The position numbers and the translations under genes are program-made. Under the pieces are notes generated by a model, which worked only from the letters and a program-made list of their open reading frames with translations, searched no databases and was not told the origin of the DNA. DNA of 64,000 nt, taken from IMG/VR virus record IMGVR_UViG_3300028393_000001, positions 1 through 64,000 of that record, one strand, 5' to 3'. The number at the start of each line of letters is the position of its first letter. The stretch's first letter is position 1. Shown here piece by piece: positions 9,441 to 19,469 of the stretch. The stretch comes from a virus.

Positions 9441-12400
9441 TTAAACTACGGTTACCCCAGAACGGGCTTTCCAGTCTTGTTGATTTAGCATTTGTGCATT
9501 ACCGCTATTAATGGCTTCTGCATTTCTTGCATTTGCTGTAAATGTTGTTGCGATTAAGTGTCCTGTTTGTTCCTTTTGATCTTCACGTAACTTTGTTACT
9601 TCTTCTCTTAAGGCTTTAACTTCTGCGATTAAGGCGTCATTATTAAATAGGTTCTTACTGTCTGCATTAGAGTAAACTCTAGCAGGATTAGAAAAATCTG
9701 CTAATTCAGGTCCTTGCTCACCTACTAAGGACATTCCAGAGACTAAACCTCCGGCGGCAAGTTTAGGGTATGGAATACCTGCAGCTACAGAGCCTGAAGC
9801 AGTTGCTGAAGCTTGAGCTATAGTGGTTACTCCTACTGCTGTTAAATACTTTTCTAGTAGTTGGGCTGTTGTATCTGTTGCAACTGCAATCTTATCTAGG
9901 AAACCTAGTTGTTGTTGCACGTCTGTTTTCTGATTTTCTAGCGCACTACTAGTAGCATCTACAGCTGTACCAACTGCGGCGAAGTCCGCGGCATACTGGG
10001 TACCAGATGCATTCATAACTTTAGAGTTTGCTAAGAAACTATCAGATGCTTTTGATAAGTTTGCTACTGCGTCATCTCTGGTTTTTATATCTGTTGCAGA
10101 ACTTGAAGTAGTAATTTTAACTTTAGCAGCAGCTGCAGTTTGTTCAAATATTGCCTTAGACTGTGCGTACTTTTCTTCAGGAGACATGGTAGAAGAGTTT
10201 CCACCAAGTAGTGCAGTTTTATAGTCTTGTAGTGATTTAATTGAGGTAGTTAGTGAGGTGTTTGTAGTATCATAAGCAGATTTAAGTTTATCACGAAGTG
10301 CAATCTCATCTGTTAGGGCATTAATATATCTTTGACGGGGTCTTAGAGCGGCGTCCATCGCGTCTAATTCCTTCTGTCTAGTTAAGTTTAGGGCTTCGTT
10401 ACTTCCCTTTAGTTCATATATTTTTATTTCTTGACCTAAGATTGATGAAGCGTAGGCTTCTGCTGCTGAGGCTAGTTCATCTACTGCCCCACTCAAGCCC
10501 TGTAATTTAGCATATGTTACTGCACTAGCGTCATCAGTTACTTTAAAACCTAGTACTAATTGTTTAAACTGTTCTCTTGTTAGGTTACTTGCAAAACCTA
10601 ATTTATTCAATTCCGTATTTAAAGCTATTTGTTTAGGAGCTAATCTCTCTGCAGAGGTTAAAAATTTATCGCCGAAGTTTTTAGTACTGTCTAAGAAGTT
10701 TGTTAAGCCTCCTGAGGCTTTAATCATAGCATCTGATACTGCAATACCTTGTAAGCCAGTTCCAACAGAAGTTTTACCAACACTAGTCATTGCAAGATTA
10801 ACTTTGTCCATGCCATCAACAACACGCATAGTTGTTTCTAGCATACCTTCACCAAACTTGTTATATGCTTCTAAAGAGCTAAATAGTGCGTTTGATGCTG
10901 TATCTAACATTGAGCTTAAGATACTGTTTAAGGCATCGTCAAGTTCCTTACCTTTTAGACCCCGTAAAGAAGCTAATGTAGATACGTCTACTTGTGCTAA
11001 CTTATCCATTACCTCTTTATTACTCATTCCTAGTTTTTCACCAGCAGCGATCATTAGCTGACCTGCATTGTTAAAAACTTTTGATAGGGAGTCTTGAATT
11101 TTACTATCTAGATCTTTTGTTTGTGTATCTAAAGATTGTTTAGTATTACTAATCCATAAGAAGCTTGATGTACTTGTAGTTAATACGTCTTCATATGTTT
11201 TAAAGCTATTACCAGCGTTAGCCATTACATCTGCAAAGCTGCCAGTAATCTTTAGTCCTGCATCTGTAATTTGTTTTTCGGTGCTGCTACCAAATAATCC
11301 CCCTAAAACGCTATAACCACTAGAACCTTCTTGAGTACCAAACTGACTACCTGTACGAAGTCCTACAACACCATAAACTCCTTTAGCTACACCGCTAATA
11401 CCATCTTTAATACCGGATAGTAATTCAACCATCTTATTGTAGTAAGAGAGTCCATCTACAGTAGTAGCATTAAGTATATCTAAAGAGTTGGAGATTGATT
11501 GTGACTTTGCAGTATCGTCTCCAGCTACAGTTCCAGTTCCTTGCTTAGTTTGACGTTCTGCAGCAGTTTTACCGGTCATATCTACCATGCTAACATCACC
11601 GCCACCTGCCATAGCAAATAGTGTTGCTAGTAAAGCTGCGCCCATTATGTAACCTGGAGGGCCTAGAGTACTAAAAGATGATAATATAGCTGGTGCATCG
11701 GCACCCACTTTGGCGGGAGCTGAAGCTATTTTAATACCTAAAATCTCGGTTTCTGCTACACCTTCAGCAGTTACTTTAGTAGTTAAAATACCTAGACTAA
11801 AGGCTAGATCTTTTAGTTCTAAAGCCGCTGTTTTAATACTAGATATTTTTTGTATGTTATCTAGTACTTTATACGCAAGAGTTTTTTCTCCAAACATTTT
11901 CTTAGAAGATGCAAGTAGGGCTTCATCATTTTTTAGTTTATCTCTTGTATTCTGTTTCTCTAATTTACCTAAACCTCTTTGAGCATCCTCAGCATCTTTA
12001 GCTTCCCTACTTCCTAGATCCTTACCTATTCCAGCATTAATAATTTCTTGTAAATCAGATTTTTTGCGTAAGTAGTTTAAATCTTGATCTGCCATAGCTG
12101 CTATAACTTCTGTAGTTTTACCAACTGCCTCGCCTACTGTGCCAAAAGCATCAGCTAAACTAGCGGTACGCATTACTAAACCTTCCATTGCAAATGCTTG
12201 ATCTTTTAGTATCTCACTTTCTTTAGCTTGCTTTATGGCAGTAGTTTCTGTAATACCTAATATTTTTACTCTACCGTCATAGATTATTTGATTCTTGTTT
12301 TTTTCTATTTTAGCCTGAGCTATAGCTGTATCAGCATCTTTCTGTATACCTCGATTAGTATCATTAGCAATACGATCGTAACCCATTTCATCGGGTTTAA

Positions 12401-15400
12401 TAGAACCAGCAGGTACTTTTTTCTTATTAGCATCCTCTTGTATTTTTACTATCTCTTTATCTTTTATAGCTTGTGCGATACTAAGATCTAATGCTGCTCG
12501 AGCTACAGCTAAAGCCGCTTCTTTTTTAGCCTTATATTCGTCTGATAATAACCCTAGAGATACCTGGGCTTGAAATTCTGCTTGAGTTATATCAGATAAC
12601 GTAGTTGCACTCAATGCCTCTTGTGCGTCTTTTGCTAAGTCAAGGTTATATTCGCGTTGAGCTATTGCTAGTTTAATGTTCATTAAACCTATTTGGTATT
12701 GATATGCTTTATTTTGGTTTTCGATTAATTGTAAAATTCCTAAATTTGTTAATGCTAACGTTTCTTCGTCTTTTTGGGCCTCAAGCTTAGTCTTTAATTC
12801 CGCATTAGTAACTTCTGCTATTTGATTTGTTAGCCCCATTATTTTTCTAGTTATTACTTCTTGATCTGCGTCTTGCTTTTTAGTATCAGATTTAAGATCA
12901 AATTCTTGTTTAGTTGCATATAAAGTCTCATCTTGTATTTGTAACAAACCTTGCATCATACCCAATTTATCACTAAATAACTTAGCTATATTGGATTCCT
13001 GCATTAGCTCCTTTTGTTTAACTGCACCTATTGCTACCTGTTTTGAATACAATAAAGCAGTAGCAGCTTCTTGCACTTTAGCATCTTCTTGAGCCATTTT
13101 CGATGCAAGAGACGCTGTAGCACCTGCTAGAGGTCCAGCCTGTACTCCAGCAGCTTGTTCGGCAGCAGTAGGTCCACTCATTCTAGATCTAGGAGCAACA
13201 TTAGGATTTGAACCGCTTAAAGCTTTATCCAATAGTTTCTGTATTGCCGCAGGGCCGGCCTTCATAGCTTCTGCAAATATTTTTAAACCATCTAATTGTA
13301 CTTGTAGTTGTGCTTTCTTATCAGGATCTGGCTCATTTGACACAGCTAGTGTCGCGCTATTAATTTCTACGGCGGTACGTAACTCTTGCATAGCCACATA
13401 ACTTTTATATGCAGACTCTAACTGTTCCTTAGCTAATACTGCATCTCTTTTAACAAAATCCATATTAGCATATAATGCTTGAAGACCTGTTAAACTCGTA
13501 GCGGTAGCTCTATCAACCCCTAGTGCAATCTTCTGTGCTACATTACCTAGAGATATTTCTATTAATTTAGAGCCTTTTTGGAATGCAGAATACTGTGCTT
13601 CGGCTATTAATTCTGAAGCTTTTACTTCTTGTGTTTTTTGTGTAGCTTGATTAGATTCTAATGAAAGATTTTGAAATCTCTTACCTTCTCCTAAAGCCTT
13701 ATTTGCTTCATCTTTTTTATCTTTTAATTCCTTACCACCAGGTAATTGTAAATGGCCCAATAGACTTTTATTATACTCATTTAAGGCAACAGTAGCATCA
13801 TCATACTTCTTTTGTAGCATAGCTACATTATCAGCATTTTCTCTTATAACTACAGAATTATTAGTAAACTCATTACTTAGGCCAATTAATTTATTAGCCA
13901 TATCTGGTGATAATAAACTTAATTTTGCACTATCTTTTAAAAAGTCCTGTAAAGCATCTTTAGAGCTCTGGCCTTCTTCGCCTACCTTTTGTAAGGAAGC
14001 AGCTACAGCAACCAAACTAAGCCCGAGTTTAAACATAAGATCAGATGACATTATTGTCATATTAAAATCTTGGGAGGCTTTAACAGCAATATCAGTAGCT
14101 GCTTTAAATGTCTGTAATGTAGTTGAAAAATTATTAAATTCTCTATTTGCTTCGCTTACACTATCTCTTACTTTCTTATATAATTCAGGTAAATCTTTAG
14201 GGTCCATAGCTTTCAAAGCATCTTCCATGCTTTTATTATCTAACTTAGGTATCTTAAGAATATTCATCATATTAACTTTGAACTTACTACCTATCTTATC
14301 ATTATTAGCTAATAAGTCTATGCTATCTGATACTGAAGAAACAATAGAATCTCTAGTTTTACTAGCAATATCTCCACCGTATATACGTTTGGCAAAATCT
14401 ACTAAGTCATCCATCCAGTTAGCTTTGGCTTTAGCTTTATCTCCTGCTTTAATAACAGCATCAATACTATCTGCTACACCCATAAAGGCGTTAGCTATAG
14501 CTGCTGTAGATGCTACAGACATACGCTCTAGGGGATCTTTAGCTTGAATAGCTTCTAGAGTTCTTGCTACATTATCTCCTGACTCTTTTAAAGTGTCATA
14601 GCTTTTAGAAAAAACTGCTAATTCTTTATCGTTTTTTCCTAACGCGTTAACAGCAAGATCTATTGTTGCAATTACAAAACCTATAATAGCACCTATTTCA
14701 CCAAATTTTCCAACAAAACCAGATATTTTAGAAAGTGCACTACTAGCAGCATTTTTTAGTATATCAAAGCTACCTGAAGCTGTTTGAGCTATTCTACTAA
14801 TATTACCTATTTTATCAATATGTTCTGTTAGTTGTTTTCCTGTTTTTGCATCAATACCTGTTACTACACCTATACCACCAGTTTGATTAGCTAGCTTTAG
14901 TTGGGCATTCATATTTTTAAATGCAGCACCTAAGCCTTCTGTAGCCTGTATATGTGCAGTATTAGATTTAATATCGTCTAAGTGAAACTTTTTATTCATT
15001 GCAGCAGCATCTGCTGTTAAGTTCTTTTGTATGTTTGATCTATTTTTATCACGTTTATCTGCTGTAATTACAGCATCGTCTGCAGCATGGTCTGCATCAG
15101 CTCTCATTGTAGTAACTTTTGCTAAATGTGCTGCTAGGTTACTGCCTTGTTTTTTATGTAGATCATCATCGCTTTTTAATAGTTCATCTGATCTTGTTTT
15201 CATTGCGGATATTTGATCAGAAGTTAGCTCGTAAGGATTTATTTTTGTTAAATCTCTAACATCTTTACCAATTATCTTCTGGCTGAGTTTATCCATCTGG
15301 CTCTTTTTAGTAAGATCTGCTATGGCTCCACTAGATTTTTGAGTATTTATATACTCCTGTTTAGCTGCATCCATTAACATTACATCTTTATTACGATAGA

Positions 15401-16520
15401 ATTCTCTTTGATTTTCTAATTCTATATTACTAGCAAGTCTAGTATCATCAGCATGCTTTTTAGCCATAACAGCTAAACTTGCAAGATTTTGCTTATAAGC
15501 AAATAAACCTGGAGCAGCTTGATTTAATAGTACTTTTGCTACTCCTGCTAATGCAATACCTAGCAGTATACTATTATCTGCTAACATGGATACGAATGCC
15601 CCAACTGGGCTATTTACTAATGCTAAAAAGCTTTGACCTAAGTTCTGTACACTTGCGCTTAGTTTAGAGTATGGATTGGCATCAATATTAATAGCACCAA
15701 ATTTCTTTTCACCTTCATCTAATACAGCATTAGCAAAAGCTTGTTTCTTTTCAAAGTCTGTTAAAGTACTAACAGACTTGCCAAGTTGGCGTGCGTAAGC
15801 TTCCTGCGAAGGAATAACACGAGCCATAATACCTAGTTCATCTAACAATTCTGGTTGTACTTTAACAATACCTTTTGTTAAACGATCCATAGAATCAGGC
15901 ATATCTCTGCCTAAAGCTAAAGAAGCCTTTCTGGCTACTTCAGTCATTCTAATCATATTAGCATTACTCATACCACCTGCACTAGCTAACGCAGTCGCTG
16001 TCATAGCCTGTTGCATAGATAAGGCGCCATCAGACACTGCTATTAACTGCTTAGATAGAGTCCCTAAGGCTTTACCGCTTTGTGCTCCTAATTGATCTAA
16101 ACCTTTAACCATATTACTAACATCAGCAGCTTTACTCAAGGCATTAAATGCAGCACTTACAGCAAATAAATTGGCAGCAAAAGTTGCATAGACGTGCACG
16201 AGCCCGCCCAAGCCTTGTGCTTGTGCAGCAAAATCTCTTCCACTAGCTCCTGTGCTACCAGTTATACCACGACTTAAGTTAGTATCACTTGCTCCGCCAC
16301 CACTACCAGGTTGTGCAGCTGCAGCTCTATATGCAGCAGCTACAGGCTGACTTCTGGCTACGCCTTCACGAGCTGCCGCAGTAGCTGTGGGTACACGAAT
16401 CTTGGACGCAGCTTCACCCGCATCTCTAAGAGTATTTCTTAGCTTTTCTCCCTGACCCGTTAAATTATTTATAGTGCCGCCGTCACTCGCCTTAATGCCT
16501 ATAATGATGTCATCTGACAT
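9441..16520 (-). CDS. Tail tape measure protein (T5 pb2-like)
   Basis: 2359-aa helical protein after the tail chaperones. N-terminal GRDFAAQAQGLGGLVHVYATFAANLFA..AAF and ELLDELGI motifs as in T5-like tape measures. Confidence 0.92.
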   Translation of the reverse strand: MSDDIIIGIKASDGGTINNLTGQGEKLRNTLRDAGEAASKIRVPTATAAAREGVARSQPVAAAYRAAAAQPGSGGGASDTNLSRGITGSTGASGRDFAAQAQGLGGLVHVYATFAANLFAVSAAFNALSKAADVSNMVKGLDQLGAQSGKALGTLSKQLIAVSDGALSMQQAMTATALASAGGMSNANMIRMTEVARKASLALGRDMPDSMDRLTKGIVKVQPELLDELGIMARVIPSQEAYARQLGKSVSTLTDFEKKQAFANAVLDEGEKKFGAINIDANPYSKLSASVQNLGQSFLALVNSPVGAFVSMLADNSILLGIALAGVAKVLLNQAAPGLFAYKQNLASLAVMAKKHADDTRLASNIELENQREFYRNKDVMLMDAAKQEYINTQKSSGAIADLTKKSQMDKLSQKIIGKDVRDLTKINPYELTSDQISAMKTRSDELLKSDDDLHKKQGSNLAAHLAKVTTMRADADHAADDAVITADKRDKNRSNIQKNLTADAAAMNKKFHLDDIKSNTAHIQATEGLGAAFKNMNAQLKLANQTGGIGVVTGIDAKTGKQLTEHIDKIGNISRIAQTASGSFDILKNAASSALSKISGFVGKFGEIGAIIGFVIATIDLAVNALGKNDKELAVFSKSYDTLKESGDNVARTLEAIQAKDPLERMSVASTAAIANAFMGVADSIDAVIKAGDKAKAKANWMDDLVDFAKRIYGGDIASKTRDSIVSSVSDSIDLLANNDKIGSKFKVNMMNILKIPKLDNKSMEDALKAMDPKDLPELYKKVRDSVSEANREFNNFSTTLQTFKAATDIAVKASQDFNMTIMSSDLMFKLGLSLVAVAASLQKVGEEGQSSKDALQDFLKDSAKLSLLSPDMANKLIGLSNEFTNNSVVIRENADNVAMLQKKYDDATVALNEYNKSLLGHLQLPGGKELKDKKDEANKALGEGKRFQNLSLESNQATQKTQEVKASELIAEAQYSAFQKGSKLIEISLGNVAQKIALGVDRATATSLTGLQALYANMDFVKRDAVLAKEQLESAYKSYVAMQELRTAVEINSATLAVSNEPDPDKKAQLQVQLDGLKIFAEAMKAGPAAIQKLLDKALSGSNPNVAPRSRMSGPTAAEQAAGVQAGPLAGATASLASKMAQEDAKVQEAATALLYSKQVAIGAVKQKELMQESNIAKLFSDKLGMMQGLLQIQDETLYATKQEFDLKSDTKKQDADQEVITRKIMGLTNQIAEVTNAELKTKLEAQKDEETLALTNLGILQLIENQNKAYQYQIGLMNIKLAIAQREYNLDLAKDAQEALSATTLSDITQAEFQAQVSLGLLSDEYKAKKEAALAVARAALDLSIAQAIKDKEIVKIQEDANKKKVPAGSIKPDEMGYDRIANDTNRGIQKDADTAIAQAKIEKNKNQIIYDGRVKILGITETTAIKQAKESEILKDQAFAMEGLVMRTASLADAFGTVGEAVGKTTEVIAAMADQDLNYLRKKSDLQEIINAGIGKDLGSREAKDAEDAQRGLGKLEKQNTRDKLKNDEALLASSKKMFGEKTLAYKVLDNIQKISSIKTAALELKDLAFSLGILTTKVTAEGVAETEILGIKIASAPAKVGADAPAILSSFSTLGPPGYIMGAALLATLFAMAGGGDVSMVDMTGKTAAERQTKQGTGTVAGDDTAKSQSISNSLDILNATTVDGLSYYNKMVELLSGIKDGISGVAKGVYGVVGLRTGSQFGTQEGSSGYSVLGGLFGSSTEKQITDAGLKITGSFADVMANAGNSFKTYEDVLTTSTSSFLWISNTKQSLDTQTKDLDSKIQDSLSKVFNNAGQLMIAAGEKLGMSNKEVMDKLAQVDVSTLASLRGLKGKELDDALNSILSSMLDTASNALFSSLEAYNKFGEGMLETTMRVVDGMDKVNLAMTSVGKTSVGTGLQGIAVSDAMIKASGGLTNFLDSTKNFGDKFLTSAERLAPKQIALNTELNKLGFASNLTREQFKQLVLGFKVTDDASAVTYAKLQGLSGAVDELASAAEAYASSILGQEIKIYELKGSNEALNLTRQKELDAMDAALRPRQRYINALTDEIALRDKLKSAYDTTNTSLTTSIKSLQDYKTALLGGNSSTMSPEEKYAQSKAIFEQTAAAAKVKITTSSSATDIKTRDDAVANLSKASDSFLANSKVMNASGTQYAADFAAVGTAVDATSSALENQKTDVQQQLGFLDKIAVATDTTAQLLEKYLTAVGVTTIAQASATASGSVAAGIPYPKLAAGGLVSGMSLVGEQGPELADFSNPARVYSNADSKNLFNNDALIAEVKALREEVTKLREDQKEQTGHLIATTFTANARNAEAINSGNAQMLNQQDWKARSGVTVV

Positions 16521-16575
16521 AGCTTCCCCTTATTCTATAAACGTAAAATTTTACGTCTTAATATTCACAGCCCCA

Positions 16576-16604
16576 ATTATACCATTTACGGAAGTAGAAG
16601 TCAA
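16576..16604 (-). promoter_or_regulatory. sigma70-type promoter for the tape measure gene
   Basis: TTGACT-N17-TATAAT on the minus strand. Confidence 0.75.
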
Positions 16605-16625
16605 TAAGTAAATTTTTTTCGGTTA

Positions 16626-16659
16626 TAAAAAAACCCCTGTATCTCACAATACAGGGGTT
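16626..16659 (-). terminator. Rho-independent terminator after the tail chaperones
   Basis: AACCCCTGTAT-loop-ATACAGGGGTT hairpin plus T-tract on the minus strand. Confidence 0.8.
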
Positions 16660-16661
16660 AT

Positions 16662-17036
16662 CTATTTTGTTTTCGGCCTTGCATCAGCAATGGCTTTTGA
16701 CCTATGCCTATCAATAATTCCTATTAACTCAAACTGGGTTCTTCTATCTTCGACCGGTACATCTAGTAGTTCTAGTATATCTACTAATCCTACATAATTT
16801 TTACCCAAGTATATGCCATTCATTGAATCCCACTCATCTCGCAGTTTTTGATAAATTCCTAAGGCTTCCTGAACATCTATATTAAGATCTTCATAGTCTA
16901 CCGGAATTTCATCATCTACTGGTTCAGTACCTAAAGCCTCACACATTTCAAAGTAATCATCTTTAGTCATTGATACAGTGCTATTAGCAAAGTAGGATTC
17001 TAGTTGGCGATTTAGTTCGCGGTACTGGTCTTCGTG
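16662..17036 (-). CDS. Tail assembly chaperone, frameshifted C-terminal part (gpGT-like)
   Basis: The frame is open from the slippery site at 17036-17042 (FHEDQYRELNRQLESYFANSTVS-MTKDDYFEMCE...). YFEMCE.LG.EP motif of T5-like chaperones. Confidence 0.75.
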   Translation of the reverse strand, partial: HEDQYRELNRQLESYFANSTVSMTKDDYFEMCEALGTEPVDDEIPVDYEDLNIDVQEALGIYQKLRDEWDSMNGIYLGKNYVGLVDILELLDVPVEDRRTQFELIGIIDRHRSKAIADARPKTK

Positions 17037-17443
17037 AAATTTGAGAGCTCAGTTACTGTCTCTGAAATAAAGGCATCAAAATTGGCAGATGATTGCATTA
17101 GGAATAATGCATTATCTTGGTCATAGGCCAGTTCATCATCAGGATTCTGCCCTGTTAAGTCTACTGGAGCTAACTGTTCTAGATAAGATAGTTTTAGACC
17201 TGACCATCCTTTAATACATGCATTAACGTATAACTGTAAGAATAGTTTGTCATCTAGTTCTTCAACAGGTTGACGATTCTTGAAAGTTGTCTTAGTTGAC
17301 TTCTTACGAATACCTACTAAGGTTTCGCGAGAAAGAAATACTGCGTTAATCTTGAAGCCATTTAACCCTGGATAATCTACTTCGACCGCTTTAGAGGGCA
17401 CTAATAGTGATTTCAGGCTGAGGGCTGCATTTTGTGTTGCCAT
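17012..17443 (-). CDS. Tail assembly chaperone (gpG-like)
   Basis: 143 aa between tail tube and tape measure. IKGWSGL motif. Confidence 0.85.
   Translation of the reverse strand: MATQNAALSLKSLLVPSKAVEVDYPGLNGFKINAVFLSRETLVGIRKKSTKTTFKNRQPVEELDDKLFLQLYVNACIKGWSGLKLSYLEQLAPVDLTGQNPDDELAYDQDNALFLMQSSANFDAFISETVTELSNFTKTSTAN
17036..17042 (-). promoter_or_regulatory. Programmed -1 frameshift slippery site A-AAT-TTC
   Basis: X XXY YYZ heptamer near the end of the first chaperone ORF. The -1 frame joins the downstream ORF with no stop. Confidence 0.75.
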
Positions 17444-17511
17444 TGAATTGTCCTTTATTATAATAGACGAGAAAAAGAGGTAGAGGAGATCAACCCTCTA
17501 CCAAGAAAAAA

Positions 17512-18960
17512 TTAAGCTGCGTAGTAACGAATTGTGATATCGTTGTTCTTATCAAGTGCAAAAGTATTACCATTTGCAGTAGCAGAAGGCGTAGATCCTT
17601 CAGCAGTGAAGTTAATAGCTGTAGATACAACTGATTGAACGTCAATTGTAGGAATACTAAATACAGTTGAAGGCATATCAATAACAACCCTAGTTGCGTT
17701 TGAGCTACCACCAATAGCGATACTTAGTGCAGCCATAGGTTCAGTACTACTAGACGCTGCTGCAAGCATGTCAGCTAATAGCTGTCCTGTGCTTTGTACG
17801 CCCGTACCAGTTTTCATATATGCACTCATAGTGCCTGTTACGGCGCGAGTAGCAGTATAGTACGTGAAAGGAACATTAACAATACCAAGATTAGCAGGAG
17901 TAATGTAGGCAATATTATTATTAATAGTAATAGAACCACCTGTTAGGGCTACTGCATATGATGTACCTGCTGCTGCACTACCGATTGCATTAACTAGACT
18001 TAGGCTAACAGTGCTTAGCTTATTAGTAATGAATGGTGCAGTAAGATTTCTAGCAGTATATTGAGCAGCACCACCTGTGGCAGTTAGTGTATTAAGTGAG
18101 GCAGCTAAACCAATTGTTGCCGACTTATCAGATAGGGCAGTTCCCATACCTGACCAAGCAACCGTAGCAATACCGTCAAGGCCAAAATCAACCACAGCTT
18201 GATTTAGGGCGCAGTTATCAACAACGTAGGTAACGCTATCAACAACGAAAATCATACCAAACTTTTGTAGTTGGTTAAAGTTTGATCCAGCACTGCTTAC
18301 GTAGGAGTAAGTAGTGGCAACAGGTGCCCATGCTGACTTATATAGTTTAACAGGACCAGCAGCAGTAATTGCAGTGATTGCAGCACCAGCAGCTTTTGGA
18401 TTTGTTAATTCAATAGTAATTGAACTACCCGTTAAAGTCTTAATAACACCAGCAGAATTTAAGATAGATGCATCACTTGCATGACTAAGTCCACTAATAA
18501 TTACTGCGTCACCTACTGCTAAACTTGTAGTAGTAAAGGTACCAGTTAAGGTAACTGTACCAACACCTGCAGCAAATGCGTAGGCAGCTGTAACACCGCT
18601 AGCAGCAATTGTAAGAGTATTAGCAGTACTAATTGCATTAACTCCTAGTAAGGCGTTCCATAGTACAGCTTCTTCGGCACTGATATAGGTCGTTGCATTA
18701 GCAGGACGAATATACGTACTCATCGAGAAGTCTACAGGAGCTAAACTTGTATTGAATGAACGTTGTCCACGAATAGGTGCAGAACCTGCTTCAGATACTG
18801 TAATTGTATCTTGGTTGGTTGTTTGTGTAAATGTAAAACCGTCAAGAACTTGTAATTCTTGCGTATTAGCAGTGGTAAAACCGGTTGATTGGACTACTCC
18901 GTAAGTGTCCACGTTACTAGTAAAGAATACTCTACTATTACGTACTAGATTTAATGCCAT
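17512..18960 (-). CDS. Major tail tube protein (T5 pb6-like)
   Basis: MALNLVRNSRVF...ELQVLDGF.F.Q...RGQRSFNTSL.PVDFS.STYIRP, and NQA.VDFGLDGIATVAWSG, match the T5-type tube protein. Confidence 0.9.
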   Translation of the reverse strand: MALNLVRNSRVFFTSNVDTYGVVQSTGFTTANTQELQVLDGFTFTQTTNQDTITVSEAGSAPIRGQRSFNTSLAPVDFSMSTYIRPANATTYISAEEAVLWNALLGVNAISTANTLTIAASGVTAAYAFAAGVGTVTLTGTFTTTSLAVGDAVIISGLSHASDASILNSAGVIKTLTGSSITIELTNPKAAGAAITAITAAGPVKLYKSAWAPVATTYSYVSSAGSNFNQLQKFGMIFVVDSVTYVVDNCALNQAVVDFGLDGIATVAWSGMGTALSDKSATIGLAASLNTLTATGGAAQYTARNLTAPFITNKLSTVSLSLVNAIGSAAAGTSYAVALTGGSITINNNIAYITPANLGIVNVPFTYYTATRAVTGTMSAYMKTGTGVQSTGQLLADMLAAASSSTEPMAALSIAIGGSSNATRVVIDMPSTVFSIPTIDVQSVVSTAINFTAEGSTPSATANGNTFALDKNNDITIRYYAA

Positions 18961-19031
18961 TTTATTTCCTTTTTATTTAGTATCTTGGTACTAGACTAGA
19001 TATTTATCTGTGTTCATGCCTCTGATACTGG

Positions 19032-19469
19032 TTACATTATCTGATATCTAACCTGTAGGTTTATTTCACCTACGGCATAAGGAGCTAACAGCCCTTCATC
19101 AGTTGTTATTGAAGCTACTAAAATTTCAGTAGTTTCATATTTTTTTACGGCGTCATAGACTACAGATCTATTCTGGTCTACTACGTTTTCTATATCCTCT
19201 AGCAACTGTTCTAGCTGCATTTGAGCATCTTCGCCACGAGTGTAAACTTTTATGCTTACATTTAAAAAGCCCCAAGCAAAGCCTGCTAATTCATACTGGC
19301 GTTGTTCGCTACCTGGACTCATATAAATTGAGGGAAAGTCGTTGACTTCATCCCAGAATTTTAATTTGGGGTAGGCATTACCATAAACATTTGAGGGATA
19401 GGTAATACCGTCTAGCAGGGTTTTAAACCTATCTGCTAGGGCGGTAAGTATTGACGTTCTACGACTCAT
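19032..19469 (-). CDS. Tail terminator protein (T5 p142-like)
   Basis: RRTSI..AL, KLKFWDEV.DFP and ITTDEGLLAPY motifs. Synteny fits. Confidence 0.85.
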   Translation of the reverse strand: MSRRTSILTALADRFKTLLDGITYPSNVYGNAYPKLKFWDEVNDFPSIYMSPGSEQRQYELAGFAWGFLNVSIKVYTRGEDAQMQLEQLLEDIENVVDQNRSVVYDAVKKYETTEILVASITTDEGLLAPYAVGEINLQVRYQIM

